Positions 6,510 to 16,123 of a stretch of 64,000 nt of DNA are shown here, in pieces. How positions within the stretch are numbered: position 1 is the first letter of the stretch; every line of letters starts with the position of its first letter. The translations under genes and the position numbers were made by a program. This DNA is from an uncultured virus (IMG/VR IMGVR_UViG_3300036399_001267) (Duplodnaviria; Heunggongvirae; Uroviricota; Caudoviricetes). The stretch lies in IMG/VR virus record IMGVR_UViG_3300036399_001267; one strand, given 5' to 3'. The notes under the pieces are model-generated. The model saw nothing but the letters and a program-made list of their open reading frames with translations. It was not told the origin of the DNA and ran no database searches.

Positions 6510-7310
6510 ATGTATAAAGGCAAAAAAGTTATATTGACTACAACTGCTTGTAAAAGAATTAATTTATTAAAAGCAGCCATTAAAAGTTTTGGAATTTTTT
6601 GTACAGATAAACACGTAATAGATGAAATTCATTATTATGATGATTCTTCAACACCAGAAGAACGTAATATTGCGATGGAATATTACAAGAAACATATTCC
6701 AGATAAATTGATTAGTTTTAGATTTTTTGAGAAAGAATCTTTTCCGGATAATTATAGACATGCTAGAGTGTTAAATTATTGGAGACAGGGAATTATTAAC
6801 TCAAACGCGGAGTATGTATTTCACTTAGAAGATGACCATCAATTCTATAATATGTTTACAATAGGCGATCCTATTGATATTATGGAAGAAAATCAAGAAT
6901 ATGGATATATTGGATATTGTCAGAGTTGGAAAAATTTTCCAAAAGATATGTATCCTAAAAAAATAATAGGAAAGTTTTGGGAAACTGTTTACTTTGATAA
7001 TAAACCTATTAATGACCTTTTATTTTTAGACGATGTTATGGCGATGCACACTGGATTAGATTGGTGGATGTATTATATTAACTGGCCATATTTTTCATTG
7101 AGACCGGGAGTACATGATGTTAAAAAGTTATTGTCAGTTGGCGAGTTTTCTACAACATATGATCGTGAAAAAATGAGTGTAGAATTAGAATTTGCAATAC
7201 GCTGGAAAAATATGGGATATAAGAGTATGATGTCAAAAATATTTACATCTTTACATACAGGCCAAAATCCAGAATTAAGTGCGTATAAAATTAATAATTC
7301 AGCTAGATGA
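6510..7310 (+). CDS. GT-A fold glycosyltransferase (GT2-like)
   Basis: N-terminal TTACKR...YDDSS and FHLEDD (DxD-like) motifs. Confidence 0.75.
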   Translation: MYKGKKVILTTTACKRINLLKAAIKSFGIFCTDKHVIDEIHYYDDSSTPEERNIAMEYYKKHIPDKLISFRFFEKESFPDNYRHARVLNYWRQGIINSNAEYVFHLEDDHQFYNMFTIGDPIDIMEENQEYGYIGYCQSWKNFPKDMYPKKIIGKFWETVYFDNKPINDLLFLDDVMAMHTGLDWWMYYINWPYFSLRPGVHDVKKLLSVGEFSTTYDREKMSVELEFAIRWKNMGYKSMMSKIFTSLHTGQNPELSAYKINNSAR

Positions 7311-7924
7311 AAGATAATATAGATCCTAAAAAATTAGTGGATTATTGTGTTAACTCTGAGTTAATGCATAAGTGCATATTTATGCAAGTGTATGAAGAGT
7401 TTTTAACCTTTTCATATTGGTTAAAAGGTTTTCAGCCAAATAATATTCTTGAAATAGGTACTATGGGTAGTACTTTTTGGATAATGAATAAACTATCTTC
7501 TGGGAAAAAAGTTTCTATAGACATAGAAAATAGAGAATCTATAATACATCATTTTATGTGGGAAGAAGATTGGATGTTTGTCGCTGGATCATCCCAAGAT
7601 CCAAACAATTTTGATAAAATAAAAAATAAATGTGACAAGTATGATCTAATTTTTATAGATGGTGATCATAGCTACGATGGAGTTAAAAATGATTTTAATT
7701 TGTACAAAAGTCTTTTATCAGACCGTGGTTATATAGCATTTCACGATATCGATCCAAATCATATATTTGCTGGATCTTATGCTGGAGAAGTTTATAAATT
7801 CTGGCAAGATTTAGACGAAGGGTCCAAAATTAATTTGACATGTACCAAGTCTTCTGGTAAAGTAAAACTAAATGGAATATATTCACATGGATTTGGTGGA
7901 ATAGGTCTTTGGACTCCAAATTGA
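7307..7924 (+). CDS. Class I SAM methyltransferase (Methyltransf_24-like)
   Basis: ILEIG, DLIFIDGDHSYDGVKND and GYIAFHD motifs. Confidence 0.85.
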   Translation: MKDNIDPKKLVDYCVNSELMHKCIFMQVYEEFLTFSYWLKGFQPNNILEIGTMGSTFWIMNKLSSGKKVSIDIENRESIIHHFMWEEDWMFVAGSSQDPNNFDKIKNKCDKYDLIFIDGDHSYDGVKNDFNLYKSLLSDRGYIAFHDIDPNHIFAGSYAGEVYKFWQDLDEGSKINLTCTKSSGKVKLNGIYSHGFGGIGLWTPN

Positions 7925-7954
7925 TATTTATAATTAGTTCTTTTAAAATTTTAT

Positions 7955-8339
7955 GGGCGCGTACTGGTATCGATTTAATAGTACACGTATGTTAGGCACG
8001 TAGAGGATGATAGTTGGCCTCTTTAATACACCTATCGAAATATTAACTGCTGAAGATAACGTAGTTAGCTATGACTTCTCTTACGATGAAGTAGTAGCCC
8101 TTGCAGCCTAAGTTGTTGCACATTCAATACAATGAAGTCTGATATTTGTGTTGAGTGTAAATTATTGGACTGGACCAAATATTTGATTTGCGTAAATGGT
8201 CGAGATATTAGTAAATCTTAAGGGTAATATTTTTAGATATTTTTCATTATTACTCCCTAACAATTTAAAATATATAAGCGTGTAGTCTGATGTAGGTTAT
8301 CTGTTAAACACGGCGGTTCAACTCCGCCCGCGTCCACCA
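7955..8339 (+). ncRNA. ssrA: tmRNA; tag reading frame 8049-8111 encodes AEDNVVSYDFSYDEVVALAA
   Basis: 5' gggcgcg pairs with 3' cgcgtcc-ACCA including G3:U, T arm ggcgg-ttcaact-ccgcc, internal tag ending LAA-stop. Confidence 0.93.
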
Positions 8340-8341
8340 TT

Positions 8342-8557
8342 TTATTCTGGTTCAAAATCAATGTAGCTATCAATAATCAACACTCCACTATCATTGATGT
8401 AACCTTCTTCAATTAAATACTTCGTGATTCGTTCTCTACAACAATCATCCTCGTATAGATCACATTTTTCTGGATGTCTTAGTACAACAAATCTGTTAGC
8501 CCAAACAGTTATATCGTGGTTGTTTATACTAACTTGGTGAAAATTAATCTCTTCCAT
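8342..8557 (-). CDS. Hypothetical protein
   Basis: 71 aa ORF preceded by TACTTAT on the minus strand. Confidence 0.6.
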   Translation of the reverse strand: MEEINFHQVSINNHDITVWANRFVVLRHPEKCDLYEDDCCRERITKYLIEEGYINDSGVLIIDSYIDFEPE

Positions 8558-8582
8558 TAAGTATAAGTATATTTATACAGTA

Positions 8583-8993
8583 ATGAAAAGATATAGTTTA
8601 TTATACGAATCTAGCATATATGATTATCTAGTGTGGGAACCAACTGGAAAATTTCAGTATATTGCTGATGAGTTAGATAAAATTCCTACAGACAGTACTA
8701 AACTTTATAGAGGAATGTCTGAGAAAGAATATAATATTTTGAAGAGTACTGGTAAAGTTACTTCAAGAGGTAAAGGAAATACCCGAAACATATCAGGTAG
8801 TTATCTAGCGAGTGATTTTAAATTGGCAGCTAGGTTTGCCTTGGTCAATTACAGAGACAAAGGAGAAGGTATTATAGTAGTAGTAGATAAAAGTAAGTTA
8901 CCCGATTTAAAAAATGTAGATCCAGGTAATTATGTTACTAGTTATATACCGATAGAAGCAGTAACCAAAATTATAGACTTAAAACAGTTATGA
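8583..8993 (+). CDS. Putative ADP-ribosyltransferase-fold protein
   Basis: LYRGMSEKEY, SYLASDFKLAARFA and terminal YIPIEAV motifs resemble ART/Tpt1-like toxins. Confidence 0.55.
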   Translation: MKRYSLLYESSIYDYLVWEPTGKFQYIADELDKIPTDSTKLYRGMSEKEYNILKSTGKVTSRGKGNTRNISGSYLASDFKLAARFALVNYRDKGEGIIVVVDKSKLPDLKNVDPGNYVTSYIPIEAVTKIIDLKQL

Positions 8994-9175
8994 GTAACAT
9001 TAAACTAACAAAGGCTGAAGCCGAAAAGAAAGTATATCAACTAACCGAAGATCTCTTACACGTTAAGAAAGACTTCAAAGATGTAGCTGCTGGCTACAAA
9101 GATCGTATGAAAGAAATTGAATCTGAAATTAAAGCTATCGTAGAAGAAGCTTCAATTGGAGATCCAACTAAGTAA
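8990..9175 (+). CDS. Small coiled-coil hypothetical protein
   Basis: 61 aa ORF overlapping the upstream stop (ATGA). Confidence 0.7.
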   Translation: MSNIKLTKAEAEKKVYQLTEDLLHVKKDFKDVAAGYKDRMKEIESEIKAIVEEASIGDPTK

Positions 9176-9178
9176 AAC

Positions 9179-9206
9179 AAAACCCGGTCTTTCGACCGGG
9201 TTTTTT
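9179..9206. terminator. Bidirectional intrinsic terminator
   Basis: aaaacccggtc-tttc-gaccgggtttttt between convergent genes. Confidence 0.85.
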
Positions 9207-9208
9207 AT

Positions 9209-9490
9209 TTATTGTTTAGATATTGGTTTAAACGTACCGTCTTTTAAATTCAGACTGCCGTCACCGTATTTTTGACTCAACGAGTTTAGTAAATTATCTT
9301 CTTCTTGTTGAGTTTTCTTCCAATTTTCAAATACTTCATTTCTACGAAGTGTCAATTCTTTAATTTGTTGTTCCAAATCTGTTTTCTCCAAATCAACTTG
9401 ACCTAAAGTAAAGATATGTTGTTGATAATCATTTTGCAATTTAGCAATTGATTGCATTTCTTGCTCTGTAAACTTAATAACGTCACTCAT
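9209..9490 (-). CDS. Coiled-coil hypothetical protein
   Basis: 93 aa ORF ending KYGDGSLNLKDGTF. Confidence 0.75.
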   Translation of the reverse strand: MSDVIKFTEQEMQSIAKLQNDYQQHIFTLGQVDLEKTDLEQQIKELTLRRNEVFENWKKTQQEEDNLLNSLSQKYGDGSLNLKDGTFKPISKQ

Positions 9491-9545
9491 AGTATTTTTA
9501 TATACATATGAACGACGTTATTTTTTTAGTTTTTATAATCGATTA

Positions 9546-12233
9546 TTATTTGTTTATATTTTTTAACAAATTACCAAGTTTTGTTATCGATTCTGCTGCG
9601 CCTTTAGTATCTCCTTTAGATTGAATACCAAAACCTTTTACTTGTGGTTCAGAAGTACTCGTTGGTTCTGGTTTGATAGATTTAGGTTTCTTGGAACCTT
9701 TTGGTTGTTCTTCTGGTTTGTTAGGAGTTATTTGACTGCCGTCTTCTTCAAGAATGAACGTTCTAGCTGTAGTTACAGCGAATATAAATTTAGGTTTATA
9801 TTTTTCGTTCATTGGATCATCGATGAATTTAGATATAAATCTAGTGTGGGTTTGTAACATACTAGAAATTTCGCCACTCAATTGATCGTCGCCTTGAATA
9901 CACTCATTAACTTTATCAAATAGTACTTGATACGAAGCTTGACTTTGGAACTTATATTTTTTAGGATTAAAAGTAGGATCTTTCATTATTCCATTTGTAA
10001 GAGCCATTACAAAGTGAGAAGTAAATTCTTTTTTCATTGACTCAACAGATAGATTAACTACAGCTTCTTTCAATTTTCCTTTGAATGAATCTACATATGT
10101 TTTTGATATGAGATTTTTATTACCGATTCTAAATGCCATCGGTTTTCCATTCATCAAAATTGTGTATCTAGCACTTACATTTGATGAATTTTTGATATAA
10201 TAAACAACACTTACTTTGTCTGGACCTGTTAATTTTGGTTTCGTATAATCTCCACCTTGAGGAATTACGAATCCTTGTAAACGTAACGCGAATACTTGTT
10301 TACGAGCAATTTTTCTAATCTTGTCACAATCTTCTGGACCAAATAGATTATCATCGCCTGGTTGTCCTGGTTTTGGAGGAGTAACTAGTCCAGGTTGTGG
10401 TGGTTGTGGAACTGGTGTTGGACCAGGTTGTGGGGTAGGAGTAACTGGTTCTGGTACAATTGGAGTTGGGCCAGGAGGAGTTGGAGTTGGTTGTGGCGCT
10501 GGTACTTTATCTGGAAGTGCTTCTTTATCTGATTTACGTGGATACAACCAATCTTTAACTTTCATCAAGTAGTCATAAACGTTTTTATCAGTTTCCAATA
10601 TTTTTTTCTCAACATCTGCTCTTGTTGGATTTTTAAGTTTGAGTAATATACCAGCATTTGTTAAGAACTTATTATAAGCACTTTCGACTGATTTATAATC
10701 CATTCTTTCAGCACCCATATTTGCGCCTCTAGTACCAAACGCATATTGAAGAGGATTTGCTTCGGCTAATAATTCAGCTTTAATCACATCTAGTTCCAAA
10801 GCTTCTTGTATACCGAATTTCTTGCTAAACATACTCAATAGTCCTTTTCGCATAAGTTGTTGTCTTATGCCAGGAGCATTTATTAATTGTTTTGCTTCAC
10901 CTACGTCTTTTATGGAATTTATCCACATTTCTAATGCTTCTTTAGGCTGTACATATTGACCATTAATAAGTTTTACAACGTCTTGGGTTAACTGCCCAGC
11001 TTTTAAAGAAGTCCAATCTGGTAAATTATTCAATGCATTTATTTTTGATTGAATTGTATCGCCTGTTATTGATGGTACAGTGGTTGTAGTAACTCCTCCA
11101 GTGCCACCACCAAATGATGCTCCAGCGGGTCCTGCTGGACCTTGTGGCCCAGCTGGGCCTTGTGGTCCCGCAGGTCCAGGTCCACTCTCTCCTGGTACTC
11201 CAGGTTCACCAGCTGCGCCTGCTGGACCCATTCCGCCTGCTGGTCCTTGTGGTCCCATTGCTCCAGCTGGTCCTTGAAATTTATGCATCAACCATTCCAT
11301 TATTTTTGGAATGTATTTTGTGAACAGATCGCTAATTCCAATTGCTGCAGCGGTAACGGTTGCGCCTTTAACACCGGCACGTACAGGTTCTTCTCCTTTT
11401 AGTATGCCCACTATGGTTCTTAATGCGGTACCCAATATAAATGTTGATATCTTTGGAATCAATGCTAATGGACCAAGTTTAACAACGAGCAAACTAACGA
11501 GTGCGCCAATAAGTATATTGGTTATATAAGGATGTTCTCTTGCAAAAATACCAATTTCATCTAAAGCATCATTGAATGATTGTGGCAATTTAGCACGTAG
11601 TTTATTCAATAACTGTTCTACTTTAGATTGTTTTGCAGCAATTTCTTCTGGAGTGCCTGCTGACCATTGTAGTTTAGGATTTGGTCTTAAATTTGCAAAT
11701 CTTTTACCAAATAGTACACCTAAACCAGGAATGCCTTGTTTAGTATTTTGTGTATTTGCGGTACCTCCGAATTTATCGGCACTTGTTTCTGGATCTGGTG
11801 CATATTGACTTGGACCAGGACCAACTCCTCGATAATTTTGAAGTGCAGCTGAAACATTAGCTGGCATACCTGAAAGCGCAGGCGGAGGAGTTGTTGTAAC
11901 GTATGGTTCGGTTTGTTGTTTAAACGTCTGAAAATAGGTATCTAGTTTAGTTTTAGCGTCTCCAGCTTTAAATATATTTTTGAAACCAGCGGTTGCTCTT
12001 TGAAATATATCTTCGCTTAATTTAGAATCTTGTTTTATTATTTCGTATAAAACCTCTGTTTGTAATTCTATACCCTGATTGATACCCTCTTGATATAATT
12101 TATAGAATTTTGATTTTTTACTAACTCCTAAATATGATTCGGTCAAAGACTTCTTAGAATTAAATTCTGTATATATAAATTCTCTTAAAATGTCTTTTAT
12201 TACAGCTTCTTTATGATTTAAATTTTGGTCCAT
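9546..12233 (-). CDS. Large protein with hydrophobic helices, a collagen-like G-X-Y repeat and a Pro-rich linker
   Basis: 895 aa ORF; GPAGPQ repeats at about 11118-11274 and a PTP repeat at about 10350-10510. Confidence 0.8.
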   Translation of the reverse strand: MDQNLNHKEAVIKDILREFIYTEFNSKKSLTESYLGVSKKSKFYKLYQEGINQGIELQTEVLYEIIKQDSKLSEDIFQRATAGFKNIFKAGDAKTKLDTYFQTFKQQTEPYVTTTPPPALSGMPANVSAALQNYRGVGPGPSQYAPDPETSADKFGGTANTQNTKQGIPGLGVLFGKRFANLRPNPKLQWSAGTPEEIAAKQSKVEQLLNKLRAKLPQSFNDALDEIGIFAREHPYITNILIGALVSLLVVKLGPLALIPKISTFILGTALRTIVGILKGEEPVRAGVKGATVTAAAIGISDLFTKYIPKIMEWLMHKFQGPAGAMGPQGPAGGMGPAGAAGEPGVPGESGPGPAGPQGPAGPQGPAGPAGASFGGGTGGVTTTTVPSITGDTIQSKINALNNLPDWTSLKAGQLTQDVVKLINGQYVQPKEALEMWINSIKDVGEAKQLINAPGIRQQLMRKGLLSMFSKKFGIQEALELDVIKAELLAEANPLQYAFGTRGANMGAERMDYKSVESAYNKFLTNAGILLKLKNPTRADVEKKILETDKNVYDYLMKVKDWLYPRKSDKEALPDKVPAPQPTPTPPGPTPIVPEPVTPTPQPGPTPVPQPPQPGLVTPPKPGQPGDDNLFGPEDCDKIRKIARKQVFALRLQGFVIPQGGDYTKPKLTGPDKVSVVYYIKNSSNVSARYTILMNGKPMAFRIGNKNLISKTYVDSFKGKLKEAVVNLSVESMKKEFTSHFVMALTNGIMKDPTFNPKKYKFQSQASYQVLFDKVNECIQGDDQLSGEISSMLQTHTRFISKFIDDPMNEKYKPKFIFAVTTARTFILEEDGSQITPNKPEEQPKGSKKPKSIKPEPTSTSEPQVKGFGIQSKGDTKGAAESITKLGNLLKNINK

Positions 12234-12274
12234 ATTAAATAAATATAGATTTGATCTAGAACTTTAAAATAATA

Positions 12275-12303
12275 TTGACATCTTCAGCTTCTGTATATAT
12301 ACT
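12275..12303 (+). promoter_or_regulatory. Sigma70-type promoter
   Basis: TTGACA-N17-TATACT. Confidence 0.7.
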
Positions 12304-12383
12304 TGATTGAGTATGAGACTGGTAATCTTGTATTTCTAATTATATATACCAACAGTTAAACACTTAAAAAGTAATAATATAGT

Positions 12384-12578
12384 ATGTCAGTAGTCAAAAA
12401 TAACATATCAATGGAGAGACAGAGTAAATACGTTGTTATTCGTAATGGTCTAAGAGTATCCGATTTAGAATATTCGAATAAAGAAGAAGCTAAAGTGGAA
12501 TATGATCATTGGAAGAATATCATTACACGTTGGCCAGATGGAAGTAAACTAGAAATTCTCGAAACGAAAGGTAGGTAA
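12384..12578 (+). CDS. Hypothetical protein
   Basis: 64 aa ORF downstream of the promoter. Confidence 0.65.
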   Translation: MSVVKNNISMERQSKYVVIRNGLRVSDLEYSNKEEAKVEYDHWKNIITRWPDGSKLEILETKGR

Positions 12579-12580
12579 TT

Positions 12581-12808
12581 ATGGGATTAAAAGAACAAAT
12601 TAAAAATGCAAGTTCCGAATCGGAGATTTCCTCTTTATTGACAAAAGGAAAATCTTTTGAATTTGCAAACGAATCCACAAAACGGTCATGGAAATCAGCA
12701 GCTAGAGTTAGGTTAACTTCATTAACTGGCAATGACGTTACTCAAACTCCTGAAAAAGAAGTTGTTGCAAAAAAGACTCCAAAAAAGAAAAAAGATAAAG
12801 TTGGTTAA
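12581..12808 (+). CDS. Small basic hypothetical protein
   Basis: 75 aa ORF with SD aggtagg and a Lys-rich C-terminus. Confidence 0.7.
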   Translation: MGLKEQIKNASSESEISSLLTKGKSFEFANESTKRSWKSAARVRLTSLTGNDVTQTPEKEVVAKKTPKKKKDKVG

Positions 12809-12830
12809 CTATAAATAAATCACTCGAAAT

Positions 12831-12867
12831 AAAGGCGTTACGTAATGGTAACGCCTTTTTTGTTTTT
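12831..12867 (+). terminator. Intrinsic terminator
   Basis: aaaggcgttac-loop-gtaacgccttt followed by a T tract. Confidence 0.8.
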
Positions 12868-12888
12868 ATTTTTCTATTTATTGAATGA

Positions 12889-13248
12889 ATGGATAAATCA
12901 TTTAGTGTAATGTCTTTACCGTTTGAGTATGATGAAATGGAATCATTTATTCAAACATACAAAGATAAGTTAATGGAACAAATTGTATCATCGGTACAAT
13001 ATGCGTTGGACAATGATTATCCTACTGTCGAGGTATTTTCTTTTAAAAATTCAGATTTTATTGTTATATTAACCCAATCGGAATTCAAGGATAATATTGA
13101 TAATGTCTTTGAATATTATGTGAATACGGAGCAATATGAATTTTGTTCCCGTTTAGTAAAATTAAAAAAACAAATAGAACAACATGAGCAAAAACAACAA
13201 GAAAGACACAAGCCCAAAAGTTCATCAAAACGCAAAGATCAGAGATGA
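12889..13248 (+). CDS. Hypothetical protein with UVR-like C-terminal helix
   Basis: 119 aa ORF containing EQYEFCSRL. Confidence 0.65.
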   Translation: MDKSFSVMSLPFEYDEMESFIQTYKDKLMEQIVSSVQYALDNDYPTVEVFSFKNSDFIVILTQSEFKDNIDNVFEYYVNTEQYEFCSRLVKLKKQIEQHEQKQQERHKPKSSSKRKDQR

Positions 13249-13900
13249 TATCAAGATCGATAAACGTGAATTAACACCAAAACAAAAAGAATTATTAGAA
13301 TTATTACAAAATAAGAATACAAAGTGTGTCTTTATTGCTGGTCCAGCCGGTACATCAAAAACTTATACATCTGTTTTAGCCGGTTTGAATTTATTGAATC
13401 AAAAAAGAGTAAGTGAAATAGTATATGTTAGAAGTATAGTTGAAAGTAGCGATAGTAAGTTAGGATTTTTGCCTGGGGAAATGGATGAAAAAATGAGTCC
13501 ATATATTCAACCACTTATTGATAAGTTAGAAGAATTGGTACCAAAACACGATATTGATAAGTTGAAAAAAGAAGAACGTATCCATGGATTTCCAATAAAC
13601 TTTTTACGTGGTTTGAGTTGGAATGCTAAATGTATTGTAGCGGATGAAGCACAAAACATGACTAAAAAAGAACTTACTACGTTAATTACGCGTGTAGGCG
13701 AATTTAGTAAATTGTTTATTTGCGGTGATCCAGATCAAAGCGATATTAATGGTAAAAGTGGATTTGTACCAATGATGAATGTATTTGACGACGAAGAAAG
13801 TAGAAATAATGGTGTATATGTATTTAGATTCGAAGAAGAAGATATTGTGAGAAGTGGATTAGTTAAATTTGTATTAAAAAAACTAAAAACTCTGCAATAA
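13184..13900 (+). CDS. phoH: PhoH-family ATPase
   Basis: GPAGTSKT, LGFLPG, FLRG, DEAQN, TRVGE and GDPDQSD motifs. Confidence 0.93.
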   Translation: MSKNNKKDTSPKVHQNAKIRDDIKIDKRELTPKQKELLELLQNKNTKCVFIAGPAGTSKTYTSVLAGLNLLNQKRVSEIVYVRSIVESSDSKLGFLPGEMDEKMSPYIQPLIDKLEELVPKHDIDKLKKEERIHGFPINFLRGLSWNAKCIVADEAQNMTKKELTTLITRVGEFSKLFICGDPDQSDINGKSGFVPMMNVFDDEESRNNGVYVFRFEEEDIVRSGLVKFVLKKLKTLQ

Positions 13901-13918
13901 TTATATTTATATAAAATT

Positions 13919-15292
13919 ATGCCAGTCTTATCTAATAACGGAAGATTAATTTCGAGTTTACCTATTGCGTCAAGTATAACTGGCGCCGATGAATTATTGA
14001 TTCAATCAAGCGGTGTCACTAAACGAATATATTACGCCACAATTTCTTCCAGCTTATTTTCTAGTTTGAGTTCTTATAACGGACTTGTTATATTAACAAA
14101 TGACAATAATCAGTTTACAGGCAGTTTTTACAACCCAGATTTTAAATCATCTAATTTTTATACAGTTGCGGTTAGAAATACACTGACGGGTAATACTATT
14201 ATTGCAACCTCTGGTTTTTCTGGAAATGTAACTGGCAACATAACATCTACTGGAACAAGTACATTTAGTAGTATTGATGTTAATGGAGGCGCTATAGATG
14301 GAACATCTATAGGAAATTCATCCGAATCAACTATAAAAGGAACGAGAATAAGCGCTAGTATAGGTTTCAGAGGTAATATAACGTCTATAGGAACAAGTAC
14401 ATTTAGTAACATTGATGTCAATGGTGGAACTATAGATGGTACGTCTATAGGAAATTCATCCGAATCAACTATAAAAGGAACGAGAATAAGCGCTAGTATA
14501 GGTTTCAGAGGTAATATAACAGGTTCGTTAAGAGGAGATATATATAGCCAAAATGGTAACAAAGTACTAGAAAATGGCACCAGTGCAAATCCAAACGGGA
14601 ATATACCTACAGCATTTTTTTACGGAACAAGTTCATATGCTATACAAGCACTAACAGCCGCCTATGCAGCTGCTGGTGGATCAGCAATAAATGGTATACC
14701 AAGCGGCGGAACTCAGTACCAAGTTTTAACTAAAAATACTGGAACTAACTATGATGTTGGATGGATAACTCCTATTACACGAAGTAGTGTACCAAATTCA
14801 AATTATTTAGCATTTTGGAATAATCCTACTACTTTATCAGATACGCAGATTTTATATACAACTTCTCCAAATGTTTTAACTTTTAATCCTGGTACACTGA
14901 GAGTTCAAAATATAGAAATAATAGGCAATGGCTCCATTACTGGTTCATATAGAGGCAATCCTACAGATACAAAAACTATTAGTTCATTAAACCAGGGTAG
15001 ATTTTTAAATGGGGTAAAATATGCAACACTTATACTTGAGTTAAGTCAGAGTGGAAACGTTACAATGTCATTATTGGATGGACAAACATCGACTGTTTTG
15101 GTAAAAAACAGTAATACATATACTATTCAACACTGGTCAGGTAGTTTAAATGGATCGACTGCTAATACTAAAATTTATTGGAAATCTGGCGTGGAACCAT
15201 CTGTAACATCAGGCAATTTAAAACAAGATGTTTTCACATTTGTTAATGTTAAAGATAGAATTTATGGTTCTGCAATTCAGAATTTTAGTTGA
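13919..15292 (+). CDS. Tail-fibre-like virion protein
   Basis: N-terminal ISSLPIASSITGADELLIQ, Ser/Gly/Thr-rich body with an internal tandem repeat. Confidence 0.7.
   Translation: MPVLSNNGRLISSLPIASSITGADELLIQSSGVTKRIYYATISSSLFSSLSSYNGLVILTNDNNQFTGSFYNPDFKSSNFYTVAVRNTLTGNTIIATSGFSGNVTGNITSTGTSTFSSIDVNGGAIDGTSIGNSSESTIKGTRISASIGFRGNITSIGTSTFSNIDVNGGTIDGTSIGNSSESTIKGTRISASIGFRGNITGSLRGDIYSQNGNKVLENGTSANPNGNIPTAFFYGTSSYAIQALTAAYAAAGGSAINGIPSGGTQYQVLTKNTGTNYDVGWITPITRSSVPNSNYLAFWNNPTTLSDTQILYTTSPNVLTFNPGTLRVQNIEIIGNGSITGSYRGNPTDTKTISSLNQGRFLNGVKYATLILELSQSGNVTMSLLDGQTSTVLVKNSNTYTIQHWSGSLNGSTANTKIYWKSGVEPSVTSGNLKQDVFTFVNVKDRIYGSAIQNFS
14234..14509 (+). repeat. Two near-identical 138-nt (46 aa) tandem repeats within the CDS
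   Basis: GNITS[T/I]GTSTFS[S/N]IDVNGG[A/T]IDGTSIGNSSESTIKGTRISASIGFR occurs twice. Confidence 0.9.
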
Positions 15293-15293
15293 T

Positions 15294-15734
15294 ATGAGAA
15301 ATTTTGCATTTTGGCAACAAGTTACATCAGGTGGAGGTACCAGTTATAATTTTAGTGATTATAGTCATCCAAGTAATTTTTCAACTTGTAAAACGACGGT
15401 TAGAAATTTAATTACGGCACAAAGTTTAAGTAATATTGGAGATGATACAAAAATAGTATTACAATTTGTTGTGAATAGGTTAACTACTGTTACAAATGTA
15501 ACTAATACAAATTCTTGGGCGCCGTATGGTACAACTACAATTAATTATAATTTAACATATCCAACAAAAGATCCTGATCCTGTAGTTCCAACTGGAAATA
15601 ACATCGTTACTTTTGAAGTAAGAAAAAATTCAGATAGCTCATTAGTTGCTAATGGAACTCTTACGTTTTTAAGCAATGATGGTGCATCTGAATCTTATAT
15701 AGAAATTGACTTTATTATATCACAAGTTATATAA
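15294..15734 (+). CDS. Hypothetical virion-associated protein
   Basis: ORF 15228-15734; the likely start is ATG 15294 just after the upstream stop. Confidence 0.65.
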   Translation: MRNFAFWQQVTSGGGTSYNFSDYSHPSNFSTCKTTVRNLITAQSLSNIGDDTKIVLQFVVNRLTTVTNVTNTNSWAPYGTTTINYNLTYPTKDPDPVVPTGNNIVTFEVRKNSDSSLVANGTLTFLSNDGASESYIEIDFIISQVI

Positions 15735-15766
15735 CTAAATTTCTTATTTAATTATACTTATAATAT

Positions 15767-16111
15767 ATGGCAATAAGTCCCTGTAACACTTTAAATGTAA
15801 AAACGCTTAGAATAAGTCAATTAGCTTCTTCTGCTATTAGTTCCAATGATGTACTGATGATTTCTCAGTATGATAGTATCAATAACGTATATTATTCTAA
15901 AAAAGCTACATTTGGAAATTTAATAACATATTTTGGTACCGTTAACGCTTCTTACAAAGGTTCGTTTACAGGTAGTTTAGACATAACATCTGGTTTGACA
16001 GGATCTAGTGTGGTTATATCACCAAGTGCTGGTACATTTTTTAATGACAATTTCTTATCTATATATTTGAATGGAAATCCATACAAAATTCCATTGTATC
16101 CAAACGTTTAA
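15767..16111 (+). CDS. Short tail-fibre-like protein
   Basis: N-terminus PCNTLNVKTLRISQL is paralogous to the next gene; GSFTGS motif. Confidence 0.65.
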   Translation: MAISPCNTLNVKTLRISQLASSAISSNDVLMISQYDSINNVYYSKKATFGNLITYFGTVNASYKGSFTGSLDITSGLTGSSVVISPSAGTFFNDNFLSIYLNGNPYKIPLYPNV

Positions 16112-16123
16112 TATTTATTATAT

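Noticed and set aside
10321..11808. Several Gly/Pro-rich + strand ORFs
   Set aside because: Antisense shadows of the collagen and Pro-rich regions of the 895 aa minus-strand gene
14234..14509. 138-nt direct repeat as a mobile-element end
   Set aside because: It is an in-frame tandem duplication inside a fibre gene with no transposase nearby
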